A DNA stretch of 64,000 bases from Microthyrium microscopicum. Lineage: Eukaryota. Below the pieces are notes generated by a model, which had not been told where the DNA came from, searched no databases, and worked only from the letters and a program-made list of their open reading frames with translations. This document shows positions 38,555 to 51,264 of the stretch, piece by piece. Numbering within the stretch: position 1 is the first letter of the stretch; the number at the start of each line of letters is the position of its first letter. A program made the translations under genes and the position numbers. The stretch covers positions 654,627 through 718,626 of the forward strand of contig MU004230.1 in the NCBI GenBank assembly GCA_010405405.1. The letters run 5' to 3'.

Positions 38555-39869
38555 TTACGCATCGCCTATCTGCGTCACCGCTGCCATAATTGCAATGCCA
38601 ACTACGCAAGTCAGTAAGTCACCACCCATCTCTGAAGCAAAACTTACCACCGGCCGCCGTAACAGAATACGAAGCAATAGTCCAAGCAGTCTGCGCGACC
38701 GCAATCCTATCCGAAAACTCTGCTCCAGGAGCCGTATTCACATAAGTATAGGCCACTCCCACCACCACACTCACCGCAATACACAAACCGCCATATATCA
38801 TAAACTTCTGCGCACTCCACTTCAACCGCAAACTCAGCCCATACCTCCCCTCCTCTGGTCTCAAACTCCCGCCATTCAAACACCGCTGCGTCCACCTCAT
38901 CCAGCGATCATTATAATCCGGCTCCCCGCTCTGAAACTCACGCCATAGCTCCGCGAGCGTTCGCTGTGTGCGTGCGTCGATCGCGACAATGCTGTGGAAG
39001 TCGCCGCCAGCTGAGCACGCGTAGATGCCAAAGCCGGCGACGCGCTTGAGACTGAGGATACGGCGGGGGTAGCCGCGCAGTCGGTGGGTGGCGGCACGTA
39101 TGTGTGTGAAGAGGGATTCAGGGCGCCGGATTGACATGAGTGTTTCGTGGTGGACTAGCTGGGCCGAGGAGTCGATTACGCCGAGAACGATGTAGGGAAG
39201 GGCTCGGGCGGAGTTGGTGGAGGTTTGAGTGTCGATACGGGGAGAGTTTGGTGGTGGTGGTGTATGGGAGTCTAGGTCCATCATACGTCTGGATGGTGGT
39301 CTTGATTGTCTAGAGGACGGACCTGGGTCGCCATCGGGGAAGGGGTTATGAGCAACGTCGTTTTGGTGGTTCCCACTGCGACTTTGGATAGAATGTCGGC
39401 CAAGAGAGAGTCTGGAGAAGCTGTGCGAATCGTTATCTATATCGTAGGTTTCGCCATTGCCGGAGCGGGCACAGTGGCCTTGACAGCCAGCATGCTCTTC
39501 GTCAGCCCGTGGACCGTCGGTATTGATGCGATTTCTAACTCGGCCAAGGATACCGCTTCGTCGTCTTCGGTGGACGTGTGGCGGTGGTTCGAGATGGAGG
39601 ATGGTTGTGGTGGAAGAATCACTTGAATACTCTCCTGGTCGGCCAAATGATACAACGTCGTCCTCGCTGCGTGTGCTCCCTGAAGAATTCGTATACGTAT
39701 CGCGTCGTTGAATGGGTCGCACGGTTACTACGCTTTCAGAGCTGCCGTTGAGGGAAGAACCTGGTTCATGATCTGTATATTGGGTGCCATTGCCTTCAAT
39801 GTGGTTAGTTAGGTGGCCTCCATGGCCGTTTCTTGATTGAAATGTATGAAGAGGTATTTCGTCTTCCAT
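38555..39869 (-). CDS. Hypothetical fungal protein: disordered N-half, globular mid-domain, two C-terminal TM helices
   Basis: 416-codon ORF plus a short spliced last exon (VGIAIMAAVTQIGDA*); hydrophobic FMIYGGLCIAVSVVVGVAY and VAQTAWTIASYSVTAAGVGIAIMA. Confidence 0.75.
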
Positions 39870-40138
39870 GATGCAACGCTACGACTGGAACTAGCCAAAA
39901 GCCAAGACCTAATGGCTTTATACCAATTGCAAGAACAATTCGGTCTAGCTAGCCGATCTAGATATACGTGTCTTAAGAGCTCGGCATCTGACAAACGGTC
40001 TAGCTGTATGTTGACCTGGCAAACGATATCTTATATAGATCTGAGTAAATCACTGAAGTCTTGGTGTGACCTTCAAACATGGTAGAGTTGAATGATAAGT
40101 CAATTGCTCATAAACAACCGGAAGATGATACTGAACCG

Positions 40139-41358
40139 CTAATTAACCTTTACACCTTGCAAAGTCGCAGCCATGGCCAATTGGTTTCTAGTCTGGAGGA
40201 AGACCGATCCTGGGCCTGAAGAGAAGATGTTAGCAAAGCTGTCTTGAGTCCGATCTCTGAACATACCCGTAAACTTGCAAACCAGGCCTTCGCCAGCAGC
40301 AACATTGGACAAAATGCCACCACTAGCAACTCTCTCAATGACATACTGACAGTTCCACGCCACCAAGTGACCATTATCAATGATATACTGCTCCTTTTCT
40401 CCGAGCTATCACCCATCATTAGTATTCCAATCACCCGACGAAGTCATCAAACACTTACATCTTTCCGAATAATCGCCCCAAAACTAGAAATGAACAAAAT
40501 CCCCGTCCCACTAACCCGATAATTAAACAGTCCCTCCCCCGAAAACATCGCCTTACTAATACTCTGCGCCTTCAAATCCTTCTGCACGCGATCCGTCGCC
40601 GCCAAAAACGAATCTTTGCCAACGTTCCACACCTCCGACCCGCTCAGCCTTATACTCGACACATCACCCAGCATCGCCGGCGCCAACAACAACTCACCCG
40701 GCCCTGTGAATGTCGACATGGACATGTGTGAGCCAGTAATGAACTTCTTCATGCTGAACTTGATTTCACCCTTGAGCGTGATGGTTGGGCTCATGGCGAC
40801 CATGGAGCCGGGCTTGGCGTGTAGAGGGCACCCGATGGCGAGTTGCACGGTGAGCACGCTGTTGGTGTCGCGGTGGCTGATGCGGTAGGCGCCGCCGTTG
40901 AAGGAGCCGACGTCGTCGACGTGGGCTTGCGAGGTGAAGTGGGCGGCGGAGGGCGCGCCGCCGGGCATGTTGGAGGCGACATTGGCGTTGAAGGAATCCG
41001 GAGGAGCTGCTGCTGCGACTGGAGCGGGGTTAGGAGTGGTGGATTGCGGTGGTGGTTGGGCAATGGTTTGCTGGGGTGGTGGTGCGAAGTGTTGTTGTGG
41101 CGGTGGATATTGGTTGTCCTTGGCTGGTGGTGGTGGCGAGTATTGGGTTGCGGGTGCTTGGGAGGGTGGAGGTGGATAGTGTGCTTGAGCTGGAGAGTAT
41201 GTTAGAGATGCTACATCCATTTTAAAGCGATTTACAAACCGGCTTGTCCATCTGGAGGAGCTGGAATCTGTCAGGCTATATCATCAACGTTGATGGGAGG
41301 GGTACTTACGAGGATAGAAGTTCTGTGATGGAGGAGGAGGATAGTTTGGAGCAGACAT
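40139..41358 (-). CDS. Aim24/DUF124 (TRAP-like) family protein with Pro/Gln-rich N-terminus
   Basis: [72 protein letters not shown]. Confidence 0.85.
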
Positions 41359-42156
41359 GATTACGATCGAAAGCTTTAGATATTCACGAAGATAAAGATC
41401 AAGAACCAAAGAGTATAGAATCTTGAATGAGCAGCGCCAGATCGGTTTTCGAAGCTCTATGAGGACCGTATCACTGATTTCTGCACAGCCTCGCGATGAG
41501 CTCTTTGCCAACGATATTCACGCTTGGCGATTCAGACTCGAACAATATCACGACAGTTTGTGGTCGGAGGAAGTAAGATAGGAAAGAAGGACACAGGTTT
41601 TACTTAAACGAAGATATTTAACAAGTGTCAGACCAAGAGCATGACATGTGGTGGGTCATCTTCAAGCCAAAATGTGCCTCTCTTAATCATGATTGGCTGG
41701 CATGGGCTTGACGTCAAAAGTTGGGCGGTTATAAAGTGCCCAATGCTATTTTTGGACACTTTGTCATGAGGCACGACTGTAAAACCTTAGGCGGGTTAAT
41801 ATAATAGATAGGAACAGTTCTGAAGTGATATCAATAGTCTGATTAGTCTTTACTCATCATCAATTTCTATTCAGTACACGCATTGCTCATGCCCCATAAA
41901 ACCATGCCTAGCAATCACTAGTTTCGGGCTCCTTACACATTCAACTTCATGTCCAAGATGCTTATGGAAATTACCAAAACAATTGCTATGAAGAGGAACT
42001 CCATTCTGTTTCTTGCGTACATGTCAATGACTCACAACAAAAAGTCCTTATATACTCGGAACATTCCAGCAAGACAACATGATATTTGCTAGGGTATCCA
42101 TTGGGCAAAGACCACAAAGAGTGTGTCTAAAGAGATCCGTACAAGCAACAAGCAGT

Positions 42157-43134
42157 TTAAGTCTGCATACGCTTTCGTTTGCCAATTTGAGCCGAGAAAC
42201 CAGTCTTGATGGCTGGCACAGTTCGTGTACTGCCACAGCTTTGGCAAGTGAGGTACCACAACCGGTTGTCTCCCTTTTGAAGAGTTGTGTTGAGACCGCG
42301 ACATGTCTTGCAGGAGACATAATCTTGGATGTAGCGTCGGAGGACGTTTTCAATCTGTTTCGACTGGAAGCGACCTTTGATGACCAATCGTCTCGAACCA
42401 TCAACCGACCCGTTCGTACCCAACTCAGCGAACAGGAATTGCGTAATATGCTCGTCACTTCGCTTTAGTCGCTTGGCAATATCGGGAATATTGGCGAATA
42501 TGGTTTTCTTGTTGCCTTCACGCAAACACTGTGGTGGAGGAATCTTGTAATTCTTTCCACTGGCTCCAGCAAGATCCGGATGACGATCATGTAGTAGGGT
42601 GAAGAAGCGGCCTAGGAGATTCTTGTAGAGGATAGGTTCCGTGTTGTCGTGCTCAAATATTCCAGTGCCTTCCATCATATCACCCTCCTGTGTGGCCTCC
42701 TTCTTCTCTGAACCTTCGGATGCTTCGCCAGTCTCTCCAGCCTCTGCGAGTGCAGCTTCGAAATCATCTGCCTTTGGCTTCTTCTTCTTCTTTTTCTTGG
42801 TGAGTGCGGATAGGTCTAGATCGTCACCTTCGGCAGTGGGTGTATCGGCATCGGCATCTTCCTTGGGTTTGGAGACCTTCTTTTTCTTCTTCTTCGCTAG
42901 GTCTTTGAATAAATCCTGTCCTCTGTTAGTACCTGCGAAGTGAGTGGGAATGGCGGAAGAACATACTGTGACCTCTTCAACACCGGCGTCATCACCCGTC
43001 GCAGAGTGGTTTTCGGCGGTATTCTTGTCGCCAGTATCGGCAGTTTCGCTCACAGTTCCATCTTGAGCAACAACAGTAGCGCCCTCGCTGAAAGCGACAC
43101 TCTTGCGCTTCTTATCGGTAGAAACGTCAGCCAT
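42157..43134 (-). CDS. sui3: Translation initiation factor eIF2 beta (intron 42916-42966)
   Basis: Poly-Lys boxes, [26 protein letters not shown]2-C2 zinc ribbon (CKTC...CQSC). Confidence 0.96.
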   Translation of the reverse strand: MADVSTDKKRKSVAFSEGATVVAQDGTVSETADTGDKNTAENHSATGDDAGVEEVTVCSSAIPTHFAGTNRGQDLFKDLAKKKKKKVSKPKEDADADTPTAEGDDLDLSALTKKKKKKKPKADDFEAALAEAGETGEASEGSEKKEATQEGDMMEGTGIFEHDNTEPILYKNLLGRFFTLLHDRHPDLAGASGKNYKIPPPQCLREGNKKTIFANIPDIAKRLKRSDEHITQFLFAELGTNGSVDGSRRLVIKGRFQSKQIENVLRRYIQDYVSCKTCRGLNTTLQKGDNRLWYLTCQSCGSTRTVPAIKTGFSAQIGKRKRMQT

Positions 43135-43446
43135 GTTGTAAATTATGTGGAAGGTTGTTGGTGAGTTAAAGAGATGACTGTGTGAGTAGAGGGGCAATGA
43201 GTCAAATAGTGATGGATTTAGGACCTGCATCACTAATACCAGCAGGTCCAACCGTGGTTAAAGGGTGGCGCGATTGCCCCACAAGACCAACCGAGATTTA
43301 GCCGTAGCCAATCAATGCCGCCAAAATCAAACCTCCATCTTCAAATCAATCGCGATGGCTAGAAGCACCTGGAACTGGACTGCTGAGCAATTCCAAAATT
43401 GTCGCTGAACACAACATCCTCAGCGCTCTCAGCGCTCGAGTACACC

Positions 43447-43851
43447 ATGACGTCCACCGAAGAGAGCTCCTTCGTCCTTCCCAGCAATCCTTCCGATTCA
43501 TACAACGCATCCGACAATGACGAGATGGACTCGCTACCCAGCAGTTCCGATACCGAGAGCACCATATCTGGCGACGAAGACAATTCCGACGCAGAGAAGG
43601 AATGGCATGAAAGTTTACAACAAATCGAACTGCTGTTAACCATCATGGTGGTCCCATATATTGGAAAATACTTTGGCCGGAAAGCTGCCTATTGGGGTAG
43701 GTATCTTCGTTCGAGATTGCGTTGAACCTTAGACTGACAGCGCATAGGATGGGGCAAGTTCATGGAGTGGAAGTTTCCGGTTGAAGTTACGATTGCAGAT
43801 CCTGGTGCCTTCAAAGCTGCTGGAATCGTTGGAGCGGCATCAGCGTTATAG
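43447..43851 (+). CDS. mim2: Mitochondrial outer-membrane import protein Mim2
   Basis: Acidic N-terminus, then DAEKEWHESLQQIELLLTIMVVPYIGKYFGRKAAYW|GWGKFMEWKF. Confidence 0.82.
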
Positions 43852-44175
43852 TCAATGATCCTGGCAACAAGCAATGTCCCAAATCAAACAATACCAGCAA
43901 TGAAAGACGAGCAAAAAGCCGTTCTTCAAGCACACATTCACATCCCTTGCGGTCTGCATCCGGGATGCAATAAGTGGTCTACCAAAAAGACGCCAATCGT
44001 AGAGGCAGGAGAACTCGAAGATATAGAAGAAACACATAAATGTATAACAACAATGTCAAAATGAATGTCATTATATCATGGCCATATCAGACAGATAAAA
44101 CCTCATTAATGTTCCCTGCTTCATTGATGCCAAGAAACTATATTTACAATCATAATATGCAATGGTCAACATCGA

Positions 44176-45598
44176 TTATATCGACGACACTTTCATACCC
44201 ATTCCAACCGTTGCGCTTACTTTAGCCCAACCACGATCAAAAGCTCGCTTGATCCGCTCACGCATTTCCCTCCGCCCAAACATCAGCGCAAACGCTAATA
44301 TAAAGAGAAGTGTACGGAGAAGCGCCATAGGATTGGAGGATAGACTTTGAGTTGTGTTGAGGATGAGCGATTGCAAGTTCGACAAGATTAATCCAATACG
44401 GGCATATAAAGTCTGAGGTGAAGGGCGGCGAGATATGTCCTTCTTTGCTGGTCGCGGTTTCGATGCAGTGCCTCCGGATATTGTCCGATTGTGTGATGAC
44501 CGTGGTTGTTGATATGTATCCTTGGGTTGTGCTTCCAGTTGTCGTTTACGTAGTTCTTCTCGTTTCCGACTTTCTTCTTCTGCCCGTTTGGCATGGGCTT
44601 TTGCTTCGTCTTCTTCCTCGTGCCTTTGACGCTCGAGTTGTTCTTGCTGGGCGCGTTGTATTTGCTTCTCTCTTTTGGCGGTTTCCTCACGTTCCTCCTT
44701 CAAACCGTGGAGCGCATGCAGGAACGCTTCTTTCTTCTCGTCATCTAGTAATTCGCTCATCATGATGAATTCTTTTGCATATTCCCATTCGCCATTGCGT
44801 GGTAAAACATGAAGAGTGTATAGTTCCAATATTTTCAAGCTAGTTTGAAGATCGCGAGGGGTATTCGTTCCAGGCGTGCTCGATGTCCGTCGAAGTCTGG
44901 GAGGTGACGAGAGATGTGATGTTATGTCGAAAGATGGTCGTGCCACAGCCGATAAGTAAGCTTCTAGCTTTTCTTGATTTATCCGTTGAGACTGCATGTG
45001 CGTGAGAAGCAATGTCGCCCTAGAATGGTCAGTATAAACAATGGTAAATTGGTGGTACCGCTCACAGGCTAACCACCACATCCGCGTCCACGCTACCCTC
45101 AACTCCCCCGTAGCCGTCTCGTACAACATCATCCCATACAGCTCCGTCACGAGCTTTGGAGACCAACGCTTTCCATTTGGTGGTACCAAAAGCATGTTTT
45201 CCCTCTTCTGGGCCAAGGTCTACAACTTGATGCAGAAAGGTCAGCCAGAAGCTCCAGATCTTTATCCGAGTGGTCTTGGAAGCATAGGCAACGGGTGCAA
45301 CAGCTGCTTGCTGCGCAATATGATCGGCTCCATTTCCATTTTGTGACGGTCCCGAGTCTGACGGCTGAACAGTGATAATTGGCTCAATCGTTGAAAGAGC
45401 CTCGGGAAACCGGCGCGTCAAAAACAAATTGGCCGCTTGCCGATATGTCTTTGCGACCTGCGAAGACTGGTGTCTCGAAGATGATAAGGAATGTATTGAG
45501 TCGTGGAGGGAAGTGGAGAGCGGGTGATCTTCTGTTTGAGTTATGGTAGGCATGGCTGGTTGTTGAGATGCCATGTTGGAATCGCCGTTGGTAGTCAT
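44176..45598 (-). CDS. pex26: Peroxin Pex26-like tail-anchored protein
   Basis: YRQAANLFLTRR, RIKIWSFWLT, LELYTLHVLPRNGEW, C-terminal TM followed by RERIKR...ATVGMGMKVSSI. Confidence 0.85.
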
Positions 45599-48500
45599 GC
45601 TGCGTATGACGACCAGCAAGCTCTACTAGGCATGACCGAGCCCAAATACGTAGCTGTAGCTGTCGACAGGTGGTACAAAGTTTGGCGGTGTGGAATGTCG
45701 CGGCGTTGTGATGGTGAGGATAACGGTGGCAGGAAAAGAGTGAACCGCGTCTGATTGTCGTTGCCGCGCTTACCTCGGCTGGCGCCAATCAAATGTAATG
45801 CACATGCAGGGCAAGAGCTTCCATCTGCAAACATACAGGTAAACATTGAATATTGCCGATGGCACGTGGAGATTTTGATATTGTATTCTGATTTTTATAG
45901 AAATAGAATAACCCAATCTTGGAGTGTATGGTGATCCTTTGTCCTCAGGTTGCCTTGCAGAAAGCTTCTACTTAAACACCAAAATCACATCAAATTTCTA
46001 TTCCAGCAAACATGAACTCTCGACTTCTGATTTGTTAGCAGACTTGGGCAAATTTTCATTTTCCTTGCTGAGCAGGTCAATATCAAAAATCGGCTTTCTA
46101 GGGTCGTGGCAAGCATATCAAAAATGCAACTGCGAAGGTAAAGTTCAATGATAGACTTTCAACTGACAAGGCTGAGAGAAGCAATGACTGTTCATGCAGG
46201 CTTTGGCTAGGTACAGAGTGATATCTGGATGTCTATACCAGCAGCATGTCTTCATGAGGAGCCTTTCATCATTCAATCAAACTACGTTAGTCCAAGACCA
46301 GCGTCGAAATTTTGGCAGAAGTCGTTTTTATTATGATGTACCAAAATCCAAATCCATTAGATATTCGGAGACGCCTCCGGCCGACCCCTCTTCTTAAAAC
46401 ATCATATTTCAGGTTCAATACAACGGCTTGTCCCTGCAATAAATAGCAGAGATTATGGACAAGCCCGGATGTGGCTGTTTCAGTGAGTCCAACGCCAGTA
46501 TTTGTGAAGAGATGCAAGCTATATCGAGCCCACAGGATTTGTCTGAGTTACGGATACTGATGCTTATGTTGTTGGTGTTATAGTTGGAATTCTTCTTTCA
46601 CACATCTCTTCAGCGAGAACTCTTCCTGCTTCAAACAAGTCTCTAAATTTTCGGCAATAAGTTGCCGCATTCGAGCAGTTTGAAGTTCCATGGTGAAAGC
46701 ACCCATATTCGGAGTCTGGCTGATGTTTTCTCACGTAGGACTGTTTGCGCCTTGTTATCGTATCTGACTTCAGAATGATGATGGTGGCTTGTCTATTTGT
46801 GGGGAGTAGGGTTCCGAGATGACGTGACCACGCATTTCCCATGGTTTGCACAGTTGTCTGTACACCGCTGTGGCGTGGTTGAACAAGCTCTAAAAAACAC
46901 TCAGCTGGATTGCGTTTGCTTGAGGCTCTGTTGAAAGCTCGGGGATATGGTTCACCAACGCTTTATACAGACCATTGGTTGACAGCATTGACAGAAACAT
47001 CCACAGAAACATCCACGCTGAAGGGTCAGCTCGATCAGAACAAGTGATACATTTCTTCGTGCGCTGTAGCTATAGTCCCGTTTGTGTTTGTATAGTCATT
47101 AAAGGTTTCGTCCAATAATAGGAGGTTCATGTCCTGTAGATTGAGTAGTGATTTGAAGAGTATTGGGGACGCACCAATCAAATGTCGTAGCAGGACGGTT
47201 CTCCAATGGAACAGCCTACAGACGAAATCAGACAGGTATAGACTTTTCAGAAGGTTCAGAGATGACTTCATGTGTTTTCTTCTTTAACAGAAGCATTGGA
47301 CGGCGATTGGATGGAAGTAAATATGAAGCGGTAATGGTCCAATTTTGTTTGGTGTTTGATATCGATGGAGGGCATTGATCTGTACCAGGTTTATTTTGCG
47401 ATTGGACCCTGCGCATCCTTTTAGCAATCCCGGAACGCTGTCTACGCTAACATGGCTTGGTCGGAGTCGGACAATTCCAGGTTGTTAGATACCTTATATC
47501 TTGGGTCGATGGGTGGTAAAGGCTGCCAAACGTTTACTTTTCGCGATCGATGTCGACAGTGTCAATCAAGCCAAATCCAAGCCAAACTGGAGAAAAGAAC
47601 TCCTGAAGACGAACAAGGCTAGATATGGTCGTGCATGTTCAACCTGCAACACATGGGCAGCAGCGCGGTTGATCAAGAACGACCTGACTGGCTGGCGTTG
47701 TCGGATTTGGCGTTGGACCAGACTAAATAGAGTTTAGACTTGCGCAGGACAGACGCAGGTCAAGAGAGAGGTGTTGGTGCACTGTGCAGACTTGGAGGAG
47801 AAGACATTTTGAACGCCACAGAAAAGTTGGCTTCTTTTGAGACGTCTTGGCAGCTTCGTTGGATTTGCTCCACCGTCGTCGCCTCCATCGTTTTGATCTT
47901 TTGATCGCGCGCTTGCTCCTCTCGTGACTCCATTATTCTAGTCGCGTTGGAGCGTTGGAGCGTTGGAGGCACAAATTCAAATACGCTAATTTCCTGATCA
48001 GGCTGTTCATCTAAAAGACACTGCGCACAATCGCCAAAATTGTACCTGCATGTCCGTTGCAGTAGCATCGCCTTGTCCGTCTCATTTGGACCTGTAATGA
48101 GTTGACATGGAGCTCACCATCCCAACCTTGTAGACGAAATTAAAGGCAAAAACCCAACTTGATCTTTAACTCTTCAGGCGTCGACTTTTACCACCAACAC
48201 TCAGTAGTCCTTGGTCGCGACCTGCATGTGTGGCTCCCTCCCGTTCTCCCACAAAGTCTGAGCTCCCTGCTTTCGCTGCACTGTGAGTCGTGATTTTTGT
48301 GGCCAGCGTGTGAGCGCCCACTCTGTCAAACGCGATTCCGCACTGTCAAATCCCCCAGACTCTTCATCTCCATCCTTTCCATTTCTCTGCAACAATCTCC
48401 CAACTCCAACTCCATCTCCCACTACTCCAACCCCAGGTCTCGTCGTGTCTTGATGACCGATTTTGCTAGGGCTTTGAACTGTTGACCGTCATCGCCACCT

Positions 48501-49005
48501 GGATTATCAAACTCTCTTTCAGTCTACAATCAGTTCCAAGTTCCAACCAACGAGCCCAACAAGCCAAACGGCCTTATTTCTATTTTCTCTCAATCGCGCA
48601 GTCGTCCCGTCTGTCTGGCCAACGTCCAACTGCACCAATCCCTTTTAAGTCGCCACCCATTGGCCCTTTGTTCCTGCGCCCCAACACTACCTAAGCCTAA
48701 GCCTCCTATTCACTTCTGCAACACCAACTTGACCAACTTGGCCGCATTCCAACCCATTTCTACTTCTAAAATCAACCGGAACAACCTCCAACAGCTTACT
48801 ACGCGCCCTCAGCTCTTTTCTTCCCTATGCGCTTTGCTACGCCGCCAGCGTGCGTCGTTTTCGCGGGCCCAACTTCTTACACAGATAGCATTTACAACAC
48901 CTTCTCACCTACATAATCTGCTTCCTGCGCTATAATTCTCCGCATAACAGTTTCTGTTGATTGTTCTCATCACTGTTTAGAACACTACGGTTGTTTCGCT
49001 CTACA

Positions 49006-51264
49006 ATGGCAAACCGGCCCAAATATCTCGACTTGTCGTCTGCGACTACCCCGGATCCCCTGTCACGACCACTCTTTACTCCACATGGCGCTCTTGCCTC
49101 ACCTGTACACACAAATGACGTTCCGCCTGCCTTGTCTCCTCTGGATGCATTCGCAATGCAGGGTCGATTGCTTCAAAAACGATTTGAAGAACAAAGTCAA
49201 GCGGGACGCCGGCTCAGTAGACTACCACCAAACACAATCACTAGTGAATTTGGCCGAGCTCGACCAGGCTACTTCCGTTCCATTACCACGGGCACTCATG
49301 GCATAGTGTCCCCTACAAGAATAAACCGTGATGAAACACCAATAGGAAGTGCTACGGAGATTATGCATGCATCTGGTCCGCGGCCAAAGTCCCACTACCC
49401 GCAAATGGTCCAGACAGATAGCATCATCGGTGGATTTGGAGCCGCTTCGTCATATCAAAACTCTCTACATCAAGTACCAGAATTCGACCAGGAACATTTT
49501 GGATCTCTGGATTTTTGGTCAATGCCACGCTCAGCATCTCCTGATGAATTGGATCTTACACCACAGCCTTTTCAAGACAATATCAAGTCATCACACAGTG
49601 CTCTCAGCATCAGTCCACCTCTTCCTCCAGCCTCAATGCCTTCTAGTCTATCACCACCAAAATTCATGATTGGACCTTCACTATTGTCCCCTGCCGCATC
49701 CGCCTCACGTTCTGTCGGCGCTTCTCCCAGCATAAGACCGGTGTTCAACGATCCAGCAGACGACTTTTCCCAATTGTCCTTGGAACCTAGATCTGCAACA
49801 CCCTCGCTCGAAAAGTCAACCATCCCATATCAATCTGGTTTCCCATTTGCCAGATCTCCGTCCAGTGCATCCGATTTTTCCTTCTCAAGTAACGCCCATC
49901 GTCCATCATTCAACTTCTCCCGCCCAATGAGTCGTCAAAGCGGACCGTCTCTGGAACTAAGGAGGCCCAGCGAAACTGCATATCTACCTATTCAAGGCGC
50001 AAAGCGCTCACCAAGACCTCTGGATCTTGCATTTCGGCAAGATTCTACCGAAGCACCACTTACCCCTTTTACCAACGATGCACCTCAAACACCTATCAGC
50101 TTATCCAGTGACGAGATGTTCCTTGGCCCAGACATGGGCTCAGATCTAACGCCTACGTCTTTTGTGTACAAAAAGTATGCGCTTGGTCCAAAAACCAAGA
50201 GAGAATCCAAGCGAGTTTCTGTAGGACTCGAAGAATTCATGAATCGACAGTTCAACTGGGATGGCCCATTGAATGACTCACAGCTCAATTTACAGCTCAA
50301 TGCGCCATTCGTTCTTCCTCAATCACCTCCTTCTCCAACTCTCACAAGTTCTCCTCCAGAAAGCAGACATCGTCAGTTTTTATCGCGAGCTCATGATTCA
50401 CCCCGGCCATCTGGAGAGCGTGGTCGTAAAAAGCTACAAAAGTCTAGGCCAGTAACGCCAGCAACTATTGGAACTAATTCCAGTGGAGCGACCATCAGAC
50501 AACCCAACTCAATTCCGCGACAAGCTCCAGCCGCCGAGCAATCTTCAGAGTATCACCTAGAAGTCGGTATCGAGCGCCATGAAGCAGGCGCGTTGCAAGA
50601 GGCCACTTATCACTTTCGTCTGGCGGCCAATGCTGGCCATCCAACAGCCATGCTTCTTTACGCGTTGGCTTGTCGTCATGGTTGGGGAATAAAACCCAAT
50701 CTTGCTGAAGGTGTCTACTGGCTACAGCAAGCTGTTAATTCCGCTCAACTCGAAGTTGCTGAAGATGAGGATATAATAAGACATGGCGGACGATCAGATG
50801 TTACGGAGAGAAAGACGCACAAAGCGCAATTTGCACTCAGTGTATATGAACTAGGCGTGTCATACATGAACGGCTGGGGTGTCCCTCAAGACAAATCTTT
50901 GGCATTACGATGCTTCGAAATTGGAGGAACGTGGGGTGATCCAGATGCACTCGTCGAGGCTGGTCTCTGCTACAAAGAGGGAATCGGTTGCAAACGAGAC
51001 ATGAACAAGTCTGCAAAATTCTACCGCATGGCGGAGGCAAAGGGTGTCGTTGTTTCTGGCAACAGTTGGTATGTCAACAAGCATTCCGTCAAATCCGCTC
51101 AATTTGCTAACAATAACAGGATTCACAAGGACAAATACCTCGCTGAGATGAACGACGATCTTGAACGCCTTGGCAGACCAAGCAGAAAGAACACAGATGA
51201 GAGTCGAAAACGCGAGAAATCGAGAACTCGAGCCTTCTTTACCCGCAAGTCTAACGCCTCATAA
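49006..51264 (+). CDS. SEL1-repeat protein, Nif1/Dsf2-like cell-cycle regulator (intron 51069-51119)
   Basis: Long Ser/Pro-rich N-terminus; HPTAMLLYALACRHGWG, YELGVSYMNGWG, WGDPDAL, GNSWIHKDKY. Confidence 0.85.
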   Translation: MANRPKYLDLSSATTPDPLSRPLFTPHGALASPVHTNDVPPALSPLDAFAMQGRLLQKRFEEQSQAGRRLSRLPPNTITSEFGRARPGYFRSITTGTHGIVSPTRINRDETPIGSATEIMHASGPRPKSHYPQMVQTDSIIGGFGAASSYQNSLHQVPEFDQEHFGSLDFWSMPRSASPDELDLTPQPFQDNIKSSHSALSISPPLPPASMPSSLSPPKFMIGPSLLSPAASASRSVGASPSIRPVFNDPADDFSQLSLEPRSATPSLEKSTIPYQSGFPFARSPSSASDFSFSSNAHRPSFNFSRPMSRQSGPSLELRRPSETAYLPIQGAKRSPRPLDLAFRQDSTEAPLTPFTNDAPQTPISLSSDEMFLGPDMGSDLTPTSFVYKKYALGPKTKRESKRVSVGLEEFMNRQFNWDGPLNDSQLNLQLNAPFVLPQSPPSPTLTSSPPESRHRQFLSRAHDSPRPSGERGRKKLQKSRPVTPATIGTNSSGATIRQPNSIPRQAPAAEQSSEYHLEVGIERHEAGALQEATYHFRLAANAGHPTAMLLYALACRHGWGIKPNLAEGVYWLQQAVNSAQLEVAEDEDIIRHGGRSDVTERKTHKAQFALSVYELGVSYMNGWGVPQDKSLALRCFEIGGTWGDPDALVEAGLCYKEGIGCKRDMNKSAKFYRMAEAKGVVVSGNSWYVNKHSVKSAQFANNNRIHKDKYLAEMNDDLERLGRPSRKNTDESRKREKSRTRAFFTRKSNAS

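Noticed and set aside
46991..47967. Short tandem duplications ACAGAAACATCC x2 (46991-47014) and GCGTTGGA x3 (47944-47967)
   Set aside because: Ordinary slippage repeats with no larger structure
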